Source: Octopus vulgaris | Lineage: Eukaryota | DNA: 64,000 nt | Direction: 5' to 3' | Assembly (NCBI GenBank): GCA_951406725.2 | Contig: OX597816.1 | Coordinates: 16,678,001 to 16,742,000, forward strand | Shown here: positions 1 to 13,193 of the stretch, in pieces | How positions within the stretch are numbered: position 1 is the first letter of the stretch | Layout: every line of letters starts with the position of its first letter | Translations under genes and position numbers: made by a program | The notes under the pieces: model-generated | Databases searched by the model: none | Told to the model about the DNA's origin: nothing | The model's input: the letters and a program-made list of their open reading frames with translations, nothing else

Positions 1-1913
1 TCTCACTTCTATACCACCATCACAACACCCACAGCCAACTTCATTAATCAATAAACCTATCTTTAAACCCACCACTTTAACAATAAACTACTATGGTTCT
101 TAAGTGTATCCAATGTCCTTGTGTGAGTGGGAGCATGTGTGCATGCATGTCATTATATATCTCCAGCATTCCTTAATCCTCTTTACACAGAATATTTCCA
201 CCTCTTCCGTCCATGGAATACTCATCTCTTTCTCACTCTCTTTCCTGACTGAAAGCATTCTTAAGAGTTTCATGAGCATATTAGGATCATAGATAATGAA
301 AATAATGATTAAGTGTTACAACACATTTTTAATGATATAATCCAATGATGTGAACCCTATATATGAACACAGCATAATAGCAACAACACAATGGCAACAA
401 ACAAAATGATTCTCCTTCAAAATTGTCGGAGTCATCATCACAACAGTGGAATGGCAGAAATGGTAAAGAATCAAATTAAGTTACATCTCGTAACATTCGG
501 AATTCATCAAATGGTAATTAACATTATTAACTGAAGGGGAACGACAATTGGCATCATGACAATAACATTTAGGGATGATGAGCATTTCATTTCAGTTTTC
601 TTTCTTCAAAGTTCAAATTCTATCAAGGTTCAACTTGCTTTTCATCTTTCCATCCAAAGTCAAGAACAGAATCAACTCACAGTGGAACTGATTCGCCGTC
701 TACAGCTTTCACCCAAAATTTGCAACTTGGTGCTAACATGAGGAATCATTATTCCCCTCCTCATCCTCCACCTCTTCCTCATTGTTGTTGTCTCCACCTA
801 TGATCCATTATGGATCATGGGTGGATCATCAGATTTGTTAGAGCAGCAGAAATGTCTTGTAGCATGCCTCGCAGCTTTTTATATTCAGCATTCAAATCCT
901 GCTGAGGTCACCTATGCTTTTCATCCCTTTGGGGGTTGACAAAATAAAATACTAGTCAGGAACTGGGGTCAGTGGACTCAACAAAACCCCACCCCTGAAA
1001 ATCATTGACAAAATGCTTAGCAGCATTTCTTCCAGTTTTACATACTGAGTTTAAATTCAACTGAGGCTGACTTTGCCTTTCAAAATCTTGGGGTTGATAA
1101 AATAAATTTTATAAATAAAGAGCAATTTCAAAGTGCAGGACCAGTGACATCACTAGTTGAGATTCAATGCAGATAGTAAACATTCACAATGACACACACA
1201 CACACACATATTACACACACACAATTATTTTATATGTTTTGCATTTGTTTTCACATAAGAAATTTTTAATATGTCTCAATATATTTTATTACACTTTTGC
1301 CTAATGCTTCATGTATGCACATGCACAGTCCCACATATGATGCACTTCACATTGAATGAATGGGTCTTGTTAGCAAACAATGAAAAATACTATAATTAAT
1401 ATTGAATACTGTAGCAAATGAACATCACTGTTAGAGTTCCCATGAAAATACATTTACTAGGATTGCTTAATAATGAATTTTCCCCCTTAAACAGATTTTG
1501 AAATATTTAAACAATCAACCCAATACCCAAGGTAGTGGTGGAACTTCATCCACATATTGATTTTAACCATGAATTATAATTTTGCAGAGTAAACGTTTGT
1601 ATTATCATTATCTATGATCTAAAATGGTTCTAAGAAGGAGCAGGAAAAGGTGTTTACCAAAATGGTAGTAGAAGTAGCATTCGTGATGTTAACAAACAAT
1701 AGCCCACTTTATATTTTGAAACATTAAAATTTAAATAAATAAAAAGACAATGTAAAAATTAAACTGACAAACAGAGCACACGATTACACAATGGCAAACA
1801 GTCGCATAAAAATGAAAGAACAGTATTGGAAACATTTGAATGGCAGCAGGTGGATATAGTATAAATGATATAAATAGTAATATAAATAGTATATTTAATA
1901 TAATATGAATTGT

Positions 1914-2249
1914 GAAGGTGCATGGCTCAGTGGTTAGAGCGTCGAGCTTACAATCCTGAGGTTGTGAGTTTGAATCCCAGATCAGGCTGTGTGTTGTGTT
2001 CTTGTGCAAAACACTTTATTTCATGTTGCTCCAGTTCACTCAGCTGTAGAAATGAGTTGCGACATCACAGGTGCCAAGCTGTATCAGCCCCTTTGCCTTT
2101 CCCTTGGATAACATCAGTGGTGTGGAGAGGGGAGTCCGGTATGCATGGGCAACTGCTGGTCTTCCATAAACAACCTTGCCCAGACTTGTGCCTAGGAGGG
2201 TAACTTTCTAGGTGCAATCCTACGGTCAGTCATGACCAAAGGGGGTCTC
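1914..2249 (+). mobile_element. tRNA-derived CORE-like SINE
   Basis: A box tggctcagtgg, B box gtttgaatcc, CORE-like tgtgttcttgtgcaaaacacttt..ttgctccag..ctcagctgta. Confidence 0.8.
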
Positions 2250-2289
2250 AGCAGTAACAATAACCATAATATTTTATCTTTTGTGAATG

Positions 2290-3260
2290 CTGTGGGTCAT
2301 AAGAAGAGTCTGAACATAAGCCAGCTCATAGAGTAGAAAAGGTATGAAATTTCTCTTAGACCGAGAAGTTTACCTTAGGAAAAGGAAAATGGAAGAAGAC
2401 ATTCTGTTTTAAACATGGGAGGGATTTCATGTACTCTTGAAAGAAGAGTTGAATGGAGCTCTGGTCAATGTGTGGCTAGATGTGGGCTCCTTTAACAGGA
2501 AGCAAGTGTCTGGTGGTTATATCAGAGGATGCAGTGAGAAGGCAGACATAGTTTTTGTATGCACACTTGTCCAAAGGTTGTTATCATAATTCACAAGTCC
2601 TATAAATATTTGGCATTAATTCTGACCCTTGCATTTTTAACATCTAGAAGACAGAGACAAAATAGATGAGTGGCATACAATAGTAGGTCTCTGATGTATA
2701 GCTTACGAGTACAGCTATTGCTACTATTTCTAGAGTATTGCTAATTAGAGCTCACAGGATAGCTCGGGGATGGGAAAGACAAAGGCAAGTAGAAATGCTT
2801 TATCCTCAAAGTTATTAAGAACAAGGGGTGATGCAGTTGGGCTGAAACCCTGAGATATCTTCTCCTCCAGCACAGAACTAGTCACAAGCTCTGAAATGAA
2901 GTTCCACTCTATCATATTACAGTGATAAGGTGATGACCATGAAGATGGGTGGAAAAACCACAAAAGCATGAAGGGTAGTAAGAGAAAGGAGAATAAAAAA
3001 ACCCAAAAACAAATGGAATGGATCTAGACCAGAAAGAAATAGGACAATAGAAATTCCCCATGAAGAGTGTCTGTCCACCTGAAACGGCTGAGCTCTATTG
3101 CTGTTCAAACCGACAATGGAAAACTGATGGTGCTTCTGAATGACTTGGAGGAGGACAAGAGAAATACTGAAATGGCTGAGGAGATGAAGGGTTAGTACAA
3201 TCAACCTCAAAATGATAAGATGATAGTAAAGTCCCAGACCAACAGTCGATCAAGCCACCT
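2290..3260 (-). mobile_element. Very decayed L2/CR1-like LINE
   Basis: Minus-strand traces resembling the APE endonuclease (GDF, HHLI); heavily interrupted. Confidence 0.35.
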
Positions 3261-3341
3261 ACCTAATATCTAACAATTCTACAAGTAATAATAGTGATGA
3301 TGATGATGATTATGATGATGATAATAATGATAATAATAATT

Positions 3342-3678
3342 AGTTTTGGGATTTGGTTTGCAAGATTCTTTATATGAGTTCGTGTGTTGAAACATATTCA
3401 GTTGTGTCTGGGGAGAGTCATTTCTTTTTGTGCCTTATAATGTAACACACTCACCAGTAAAATTTCCACTTTTTTCTCATTTTTATTCTCCTAAAATTTT
3501 CGTTGCGTCTTGCAACCTTTTCAATAGTTTTGACTCAAAACTATTGAAAAGGTTGCAAGATGCAACGAAAATTTTAGAACAATAAAAATAAGAAAGAAAT
3601 TAGTGGAAATTTTACTGGTGAGTGTGTTACATTATAAGGCACAAAAAGAAAATGACTCTCCCCAGACAAAACAGAATA
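3342..3678 (-). mobile_element. Fold-back element inserted in (TAA)n with two hammerhead-like motifs
   Basis: About 140-bp inverted arms 3395-3533 and 3535-3678 around a 1-nt centre, extended left arm, (TAA)n on both flanks. Confidence 0.75.
3541..3577 (+). ncRNA. Hammerhead-like motif with U3-A8 core
   Basis: CUA UUGAAAA G GUUGC aagau GCAAC GAAA AU UU UAG; mirror copy on minus strand 3491-3527. Confidence 0.55.
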
Positions 3679-3696
3679 ATAATAATAATAATAATT

Positions 3697-4152
3697 GTTT
3701 CAAATTTTGGCACAAGGTCAGAAGTTTTAGGGAGTGATGGTTAATTAATTACAATGACACCAGTACTGGACTGGTACTACATTTTATCAATCCTGGAAGG
3801 ATGAAAGGTAAAGTTACCTCATCATGATTTGAACAATTCAGAAAATAAAGAGCCAGAAGAAATGCTGCTAAACATGTTGTTCAATGCTCTAACAATTCCG
3901 CCAGCTTGCCAACAACAACAATAATAATAATGATGGTCTCAAATTTTTGACACAAGGCCAGCAGTTTCTGATGAAAGGGATGGTTGATTACATCGACCCT
4001 CAATACTCAACTGGTATTCTTATTTTATCAAACCTGAAAGGATGAAAGGCAATGTTGACCTCAGCAGAATTTGAACTCAGAACATAGAGATGAATTAAAT
4101 GCTGCTCAGCATTTTGCCCAGCATGCCAACGATTCTGCAAGCTTGCCTCCTT
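3697..4152 (-). mobile_element. Two older S2-related SINE copies in tandem
   Basis: aaggatgaaagg..gacctc..gaatttgaactcag motif twice; similar decayed copies near 860-1110, 4300-4440, 6200-6290 and 58700-58820. Confidence 0.65.
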
Positions 4153-4169
4153 AAATCGTAAATGATGAT

Positions 4170-4171
4170 GA

Positions 4172-4207
<36 letters not shown>

Positions 4208-4279
4208 CAGCAGCAGCAGCAGTAGCAGCAGCAACAGCAGTAGTAGTAGTAGTAGTAGTAGTAGTAGCAGTAGTAATAG
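4170..4279. repeat. (TAG)n/(CAG)n compound microsatellite
   Basis: Direct reading. Confidence 0.95.
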
Positions 4280-4543
4280 TTTCTTTTAAAAAAGTGCATT
4301 GTTTAAAATTTAGGAAAGGAAAAAGGGGATTAAAATGATCCAAGTAGTTAAGTATTTAACTGGTACTTTATTTCATGAATCCCCAAAAGATGAAAGATGA
4401 AGTAGAATGCAGTAGGATTTGAACTTAGAACTTAAAAGGACATAAATACACAAGGTATTTTGTTCAATATTCAACTATTACAAGTTAAAAATATTTAAAA
4501 CTGCTAAACTATATCTTTTGAAAAGATCAAATATGATAAAAGT

Positions 4544-4574
<31 letters not shown>

Positions 4575-6284
4575 TATATTTAAAAAAATTGGAAACTTTT
4601 CCAATATAAAGCCTGAAAAATTGATATTTGGAAAGCAGTAATTGAAAACACGAATTCATATATTGGGAGCATGAGGAGGGGTTGACAAATAACATAAATA
4701 AACATGTAAGAATTTATAAAATAAGGATTTACATACAGACATGAAATATAGAAATTCACAACTCCATTTTGTGCAAAATAAGAAAATGATGTTATATATC
4801 ACGTCTTATACAAACTATAATCAATGTCATGAAAATATTTCAAAAACCCCTCAAAATATAAAATAACAATTCACATCCCTAAGATTGATATAGCTGAGTT
4901 TAGATGTACATTGAAAAATATTAAAAAAAAAAAAAATGGTGGTGATGATGATGATGATGTTGGGTGGTGGTGATAATGAGAGAATATAAATAACAATAGG
5001 GCAAATATGTGGATGGATGCCTTTTCATAACAGGCAGTTTACAATTGGAAGAGAAATATTCGCAGAAGAAAGAGAAAATGTAGATGCACTGGAAAAATTT
5101 AACAAAAGGTTTTTCCGATAGAGGACTGCAATTGTGGTTTGAAATAAGACTCTTGAAAATATATAAAAATCTCAACAGAAATAATTATTTAGATTTCTTT
5201 TTATTTTTCGGAAGAAAGTTGAGAAGTACCCTTGTCCTTTAAAATTGTGACAGGCATCTTAAAGAACTACAGAAAACTCAATCATATCTTGATAGTGTTG
5301 CAACAAAGTGATAGAAAAAGAAAAGAAGTAAAAAAAAATAAAGGGAAAAAATCAAACATTTAAGAGTGAATATTTCAAGATGTTTCCTATTTCTTCTTTT
5401 CTTCACCAGTTAGCCAAGCTGAATGCGATTGTGAGAAACTACACTTGGTGACAAAAATCATTAAATTATCCTTCATAATTGTGAAACACTAATAAGACTC
5501 CCACCAAGGGAATTTCAATGTGGTTGTTAGACATAGCAGTTAAATTTCATTCAAATTCCATCCTGCCTTCTTAAAAAAAAAAAAAGATATACTGGATAAT
5601 ATAGTCTGAAGTTAACTAATGCCCGAATAGAAAGATTAAATGATTATGACTGGATTATAGATATATTCAATGGTGAGGGTTGCAAACCTCTCATGGTGTG
5701 AGCATAAGACCAAAGGAGTGATTTAGATGCAATCCACCCATCTCTACTATTGTTGCTCAATGCAGAATAGGCTTAGCTGATAACAGCTATGATGCTAAAC
5801 ACCAGACCATATCAGATGTTATATTTTGGAGACTTTTACACATGAATAAAGGATGAAGACCACTCAACTATGTTGATGATATTGTCAGAGATACACAACA
5901 TGAAATAAAGAACATACCAAAGATAATGGGAGACAGAGATTTCTGGATGTGGCATGATGAAATGAATTGCAATTGTAGCTGCATGAAAAAAATGCTCAGT
6001 TAAGGCTGACTCAGGGCTAAGTAACAACAACAGACTAATACAGTTTAAAGGTTTCATATAGACATTTAAATGGGAAAATTAATTACTGTGTTCCGTACCT
6101 CACTGCTTAAAACAGAAAATTGAAAAGATTAGAAATGCAAAATTAAGAAGACTCAAGAAGTTAAAGTAACAAACCAAGGAGAGAATGAGACTATTGATTT
6201 CAAATTTTGGCACAAGGCCAGCAATTTCAGGGGAGTTGGGTAAATCAAATTGTATCAGCTCCAGTACTCAACTGGTAACTATTT

Positions 6285-7568
6285 TAGATCTGTAGAAAAG
6301 AGGCATAGGTAGAAACTCCATAAGATGTACCTGGTATAGGCTATGGACACATAAGAGGTGTAGCAATATCAAAGGAAGGTGAATTGGGAAGATAGTTTTT
6401 GTGTGTGGAAGATGCACAGGTGTAATAAACACCGAAAATGTACAGAAAACAGATTCCATCAGATGCCAGGGGGAAAAACAAGAAGTAGTTAATAGCTTCC
6501 ATTACCTGGGTGACCAAGTCAGTAGTGGTGGTGGATGCTCAGAGAGCGTAGCTGCTTCAATAAGAATAAGCTGTGTAAAGTTCAGAGAGCTCCTACCTCT
6601 GCTGGTAACAAAGGGCCTCTCGCTCAAAGTGACAGGTAGACTGTATGATGCGTGTGTGTGAACAGCCATGCTACACAGCAGTGAAACATGAGCTGTGACT
6701 GCTAAGGACATGCAAAGGCTTGAAAGAACTGAAGCTAGTATGCTCTACTGGGTGTGTAATGTCAGTGTGCATGCATGACAGAATGTAAGTGTTTTGAGAG
6801 AAAAGTTTGACATAAGAAGCATAAGAATTGGTGTGCAAGAGAGACAACTACACTGGTAAAGTCATGTGATGCATATGGATGAGGACAGCTGTGTGAAGAA
6901 GTGTAACACCCTAACAGTGGAAGAGGTAGACCCAGGAAGACATGGGATGAGGTGGTGAAGTATGAACTTCAAATGTTGGGCCTCACAGAGGTAATGACAA
7001 GTGATTGAGACCTTTGGCATGCTTGAGAAGACCCGGCAAGCCAAGTGAGATCGGCTGATGCCAGTGTTGCATAATTGGCCTGTTTAAAAGTACCCTTCAA
7101 TCGTTGGTAATATACTGTGCTTGTGAAGACCTGTTGTACTGAGTGAAATCATAGTCAAGGCCGATGCCAGTGCTGCCTGAGTGACATCCATGCCGGTGGC
7201 ACTTAAAAAGCACCATTCGAACATGACTGATGCCAGTGTTGCCTGACTGGCACTCATACTGGTGGCATGTAGAAAGTACCATTTGAGTGTAGCCAGTGCC
7301 ATTACTGCCTAACTGGCACCTGTGCCGGTGGCATGTAAAAGGCACAATTCGACTGTAGCCAATGCCAGTACTGCCTAACTGGCGCCTGTGCCGGTGGCAT
7401 GTAAATAGTACTCACTACACTCTCAGAGTGGTTGGCATTTGGAAGGACATCCAGCTGAAGAAATCTTGCCAAATCAGATTAGAGCCGGTGCAGCCTCCTG
7501 GCATACTAGTTCTTAGTCAAACCGTCCAAGCCATGACAGCATGGTAATAACGATGATGATGATGATGA
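6285..7568 (+). mobile_element. RTE-clade LINE 3' portion with repeat-containing 3' UTR and (GAT)n tail
   Basis: FHYLGDQVSSGGGC..KFRELLPLL..RLYDACV..LHSSET RT C-terminus; UTR with tandem gccggtggcaYgtaaaa units; (GAT)n tail. Confidence 0.85.
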
Positions 7569-7587
7569 TATATATACACAAATAAAT

Positions 7588-7946
7588 GCAGGCATGGCTG
7601 TGTGGTCAACAAATTTGCCTTGCAATCACATAGTTTCAGGTTCAGTCCCATTGCTTAACACCTTGGGCAAATGTATTCTACTAGAGCCGACCGATGCTTT
7701 GTAAGTAAATTTGGTGGATAGAAACTGTGAGAAGCCTCTCATGTATGTATGTGTGTGTGTGTGCATGTATTTGTGGTTGCCCCACTATCACTTGGCAGTC
7801 AGTGCCTGTTTGTTTATGCCCCTGTAACTTAGTAATTTGGCAAAAAAGGCCAATAAAATAAATATTAGGAAGTATTTTATTTAACAAAACCTACAAGGTA
7901 GTGCCCCAGCATGGCCACAGTCCAATGACTGAAACAAGTAAAAGAG
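7588..7946 (+). mobile_element. tRNA/CORE-like SINE with internal microsatellite (family S1), diverged
   Basis: tggctgtgtggt..ggttcagtccca..ccttgggcaa..cagcatggccacagtccaatgactgaaac. Confidence 0.75.
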
Positions 7947-8961
7947 AAATGATGGCAAAAATAGAGTGCTCAGATTTGAATAACAGAAAAAGAAAAGGCA
8001 TTAAAACAAACGATGAAACAATATCTAAGTAGCAGAATCAAGCATAACCATGAATACAGGGCAGAATAAACGCGTTCCATAGTCAATATCCTACAGCAAA
8101 ACTTTACTAATAAATCAACCAGAAAGTAAAATGTTGCCTAGACTGCAATCTTTACTTTGAAAGCAGTTGTCTGCTTTATGGTTGCTGCTCAGGTTTAAGA
8201 AATTCTATGTAAGATAGTCTGAGAAATTCGATACGGAATATCCATTAGTCATAAAGAAACCATTAAATGGCTGTGTCAGACTTTACAAGTTGAAATACAT
8301 GTTTAAAAATGATAATGAAGATAGGTATCTATGCTGGGCAATATGCCAAGGCATGTATAATCGGAACATTCAATAAATAGTAAAAAAGACTCTCGAAACT
8401 GACTGAATTTAGCAAAAACTGAATATTCAAGGACATTCTTTACAAAAGTTTTACCTTTTAGTCATGTCATTTATTGTTCTGCAGCTATGCTGGGGCACCA
8501 CCTTGAAGGGTTTAACCAAACAGATTGACTCTCCCCCACCACCAGTACTTATTATCTATGTATACATATGTATGCCTATATACATACAAATATATATATG
8601 TGAGCACATGGCTTAGTGGTTAGCATTCATGATCTAGCAATTGTAATTTCAATTACAATCGTAGAATCAAGCAACGAGATGTGTGAAATAGAGTTTATTT
8701 TAACAAGATGCCTCTTGAAATCACCTGAGGAGACACATCTACACTGAGAGATACACATAAACCAGCTGTGCATATTCGACCCATGAGAGAACAATGCTAG
8801 ATGAGTCAAAATGATTGCAGTGATCAATAAAGATTCTCATATCTTCCATTTCTCTCATTAATTACATACCCAATGGACACTAAATCAGTGAATGTACTTT
8901 ATCAGCACACTACCAGGTGTATACTGTATCAAACAATTTATTAATTACTAACTATATATAT

Positions 8962-9427
<466 letters not shown>

Positions 9428-9439
9428 ATATATATATAT

Positions 9440-10150
9440 TAGACAGAATGAGATAACAAAGCCAAGGCTGTGAGGAGTTTTCAGGACTTTTATAAGGAAA
9501 TAGTCTTACAGCTGTTTCTGGGATATTATGGATATCCCTTCATCAGAGACAGTGTGAGAAGGTTAAGTAGAAGAAAGATTGCGTTCAAACTATTACGGAA
9601 AAGGAAGAGATAGGGAATATGGAGGGAAATAAGAGAATGAAAGTAGAAATAAGATATATAAAGATATTGTAGTTGCACTTCCATTATTCAAAGGAAATGG
9701 TGTATAAAAGTGTTATAAAGGTTTCCTGTACATGGTATGTAAGTTCCAAAAGCGGTTCATGTTTAGTCATTTCAAAGTATGGAGCCGTGGAATCTGTGCT
9801 GCTTGTTCGAAAGGGTTTTGTGGGGTGAATGAAAATTTGAGAATGTATTGGTAGTATTTGTGGATAGATGGCGGGAGGAGAGATGTGTATGATTAGAAAG
9901 AGGAGAGAGGTCAAATTGAGAACAGGAAGAGAAAATGAGAGGAAGAAAGAGAGAAACAAGGAAAAAGGGGACAGAGAAAAAAAATAAAAAGTGAAAAGAG
10001 TGAAAAAAAAAAGTGAAGAAAGTGAGAAAAATAGTGTTAGTTTTCGGTCAAGGTAATGTGATGAGAGAGGAGTAGGGGAAGGATAGGAAAAGATAGAAGG
10101 TAAGGAGTAAAAGAATGTGAGATATGTGAGTAGGGGTGATATGACAGAGC
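9440..10150 (-). mobile_element. Probable Penelope-like element remnant (pseudo-LTR) inserted in (TA)n
   Basis: Bounded by (TA)n on both sides; hammerhead motif about 60 nt from its 3' end; no recognisable ORF. Confidence 0.5.
9503..9550 (-). ncRNA. Minimal type I hammerhead ribozyme motif (Penelope-type), canonical C3-G8 core
   Basis: Minus strand GUCU CUGAUGA A GGGAUAU ccaua AUAUCCC A GAAA CAGCUG UA AGAC: stem I 4 bp, stem II 7 bp, palindromic stem III ACAGCUGU. Confidence 0.75.
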
Positions 10151-11579
10151 TATATATATATATATATATATACATGTATGCATACATACATACATACATA
10201 AGTACATACATACATACATGCATCATTGTCATTCCTCATCATTTAACATTTGCTTTCCATGCTGGCATGGGCTGGTGATTCAACAGGATCTCAGAAGCCA
10301 TAAGATTACTTTGAGCTTGTGTGTTTGTGTGTTCGTCCCCCACTTAACACACAATAGCTGGTTTTTGTTCATCTATATCCCCATAACTTAGCAGCTCACC
10401 AAAAGAGGCTGATAGGACCAGACTTAAAATAAATAAATATATAGACAGCTAGATAGATGGATGGATGTGTGTGTGTGTGTTTGTGTTTGTGTGTGTGCAT
10501 ATAGGCTTCTACACAGCTTCTGTTCGGTCCAGGGCTATAGCAGAAGACATTTGCCCAAGGTGCTGTGCATTCGAACTAAACCTGAAACCACAAGATGGCA
10601 AAGCAAACTTTTTAACCACTCAACCACACCTTAGTGTACTATTTACATTTTGGCTTACTCATTCAATCTCTGGTATTCTGTTCTTACTGTGATCATAGAA
10701 CAGGGTATGGCATAATTTCAGTTCAATGCCTGAAAAGGTAGAATGTATTTTTTTTTCTTTTGTCCAAATATTGTTTGTTAGGAAGTATTGTTATTTCTTC
10801 CTTACCACTCACAGAAGGTTTTTTGCCTGAAACAGAACTGAAACAGCTTCATTAAAATCAACTTTTGATCCATTTGAATGAATGATATTCCTTGTTAAGT
10901 AAATACAGCAGGAGTGGTTTAGCTCCAAGCATACGAGACTGAGCAATCCAATGATCAGAGTGTCATTTTTTTTTTTGTATATAAAGAATGACGCAATATA
11001 ACATATTCTTTATTATCTAAGATGGCAGGGGATGATTTATAAGAGATTTGATTGCATTTATGGAAATCTGATGGTTATGTTTAATTTATGTATAGTTGTC
11101 ATGGTGGTGGCAGATGTTTGATTCAAGATTAACATTTAACCATAATATAGCTATTAATTACTAATGCTTATTTAATTAATTTCAACTTCACAGACCCCCC
11201 TATGAACTATTTTGATTTTCTTTTTAATTTAACTCAACACTGTCTAAGCAAAAGACCAGTTTTGTTACTGTTTTATTTTATCAAGTGTATCAGAGATTCC
11301 AGTAGTATTTAAAATCAACAGAGAAGAAACCAAAGTGTGGACCTTATAATCTGTCTCTCTACTAAGAACACTAACATTGATGTTCTCAAACAACAACAAT
11401 AATTGCCAGGAAAACTGAAGATTAATGAACACATCTATAAAATGGAGAATTAAAAAGAGAAGCACAAAGCTTTATGATGTCTTTTTATGAAAAGAAAACC
11501 ACGGCTAATACTGAAAACCTAATAATGCTAAAGTAAAAATTGACAAGAATGTAAGAAGCAAGAGAGAGAGCTGTAGTGT

Positions 11580-12100
11580 GGTAAAGAAAATTCATGCACC
11601 GATCATATTAACTTGGGAATGTAGCAAGATAACAGAAAATATGGTAGCGAAAGAATAAAGGGAAAAATAAATAGGAAGCTTAATAGGAAATACGGGGTCA
11701 AAGTTGATGCAAAGTTATAACCTATACAATCAGGAATCTGTTATTGAAAATAATACTTGTAGCAAGTCTTTAAGAATTCTGCAGCACAAATTGACCATAT
11801 TACAGAATCATAGAGACCAGGTAATATTCAAATAGACAAGAAAAATGATGAGCTTAATATCAGCATAGACTTCATTACAACATATTGTAGCGGAGAGGAG
11901 ATGAAAGAATACAAAATCTGAAAATCATCTTGATTTGGACCAGAAAACCATAACTCTGTTGCCATAGAAACACTGCTCAAGATACAGGAATAAAGATGCA
12001 AGTAGCAGAGTTGCTGAATACTGAGATTCCATTCCTTACTCTGAATGAGGCAATCATATATTCCTTAGGTCACCAAGTCTCAAGATGTGAATATATTTTT
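11580..12100 (+). mobile_element. Very decayed R4-like non-LTR fragment
   Basis: KYGVKVDAK..QESVIENN..IDKKN traces. Confidence 0.35.
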
Positions 12101-12189
12101 TAAGAACAATATAGAATTTCATTCATATTGCAAATGTAATGACAATGATGATGATAACAATAATCCTAGTAGAAATACTTTTTATGATA

Positions 12190-12698
12190 TCTATATATAT
12201 AAAACTCTAGTTGTGTGAGTGTCTGTCCCCTTCGATTTAGATTCCTAACTCCTCCCACATTTTGCGGTGCAGTTTAACCAAATTCGGGTATCTTATAGTC
12301 ATGATTCATATCGAGCCCGTCTGGCTATTAGCGCGCATCAACGATGAGTCTACGATTTAAAAATAATTTAACATCATTTTTAATTCCATTTTAATGCATA
12401 ATTTTTCGTGTGTCGATGGAGGCGGAGTTGGCATCCATGGTCACACCTGCACCTGTTTGCTTCTCCCCCTTCCCTCCCTCATGAAGCTGTGGGGAAGGGA
12501 GTGTAAGGAAATTAACGTCGTAAAGCGTTGTCAAGGAGATCAGCGTTCTTTTAGAACAACGACTTCATGGCTTGAAGACACCAAAACAGAAATGGCTAAG
12601 AAAGCCCGAATTGGCATCTATAAGGGAAGTAACTCTCTAAAAATGCTTATATAGTTATTTCCCTTACAAACCCGAGCAACGCCGGGCGATACTGCTAG
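12190..12698 (+). mobile_element. Non-autonomous Helitron, family A
   Basis: A|TCTATATATAT start, subterminal hairpin cccgagcaacgccggg, CTAG|T end; near-identical to 44627-45144. Confidence 0.85.
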
Positions 12699-12776
12699 TA
12701 TATAATAAAATGTCTTAAAGCAACAACTCAGCTCACTCATGTCTTACTTCTCAGACATCACCTGCAATTGTTTAGT

Positions 12777-12996
12777 TACTCTTCTACTTGCTTCAGTCAT
12801 TTGACTGTGGCTATGCTGGAGCACTGCCTTTAGTCGAACAAACCGCTCCCAGGATTTCTTCTTTGTAAGCCTAGTACTTATTCTATTGGATCTCTTTTGC
12901 TGAACTGCTAAGTTACGGGGACGTAAACACACCAGCATCAGTTTGTCAAGCGATGTTGCGGGGACAAACGCAGACACACAAACATATACACACACA

Positions 12997-13037
<41 letters not shown>

Positions 13038-13193
13038 TTCTTTTAGTTTCCGTCTACCAAATCCACTCACAAGCCTTTGGTCAGCCCGAGGCTATAGTAG
13101 AAGACACATGCCCAAGGTACCCCTCAGTGGGAGTGAACCCAGAACCATGTGGTTGGTAAGCAAGCTACTTACCACACAGCCACTCCTACACCT
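12777..13193 (-). mobile_element. SINE family S1
   Basis: Full-length match to 62905-63322 in reverse, internal (TA)n. Confidence 0.85.

Noticed and set aside
1914-1990. tRNA gene
   Set aside because: A/B boxes present but no intact cloverleaf; continues into a SINE body
4000-4343. Poly-Y/C/T/A ORFs (also 39135-39561, 52990-53265)
   Set aside because: Trinucleotide repeats
7050-7420. Regularly spaced ~25-bp repeats resembling a CRISPR array
   Set aside because: Eukaryotic context; spacers are homologous to each other; part of a LINE 3' UTR; no cas genes
8722-8775. CTGAGGA..AAACCAGCTGT hammerhead-like trace
   Set aside because: GAAA and stem II are not intact; too degenerate to call
9684-10232. 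182-aa hydrophobic ORF
   Set aside because: Low-complexity pyrimidine-rich strand of a repeat; no domain motifs
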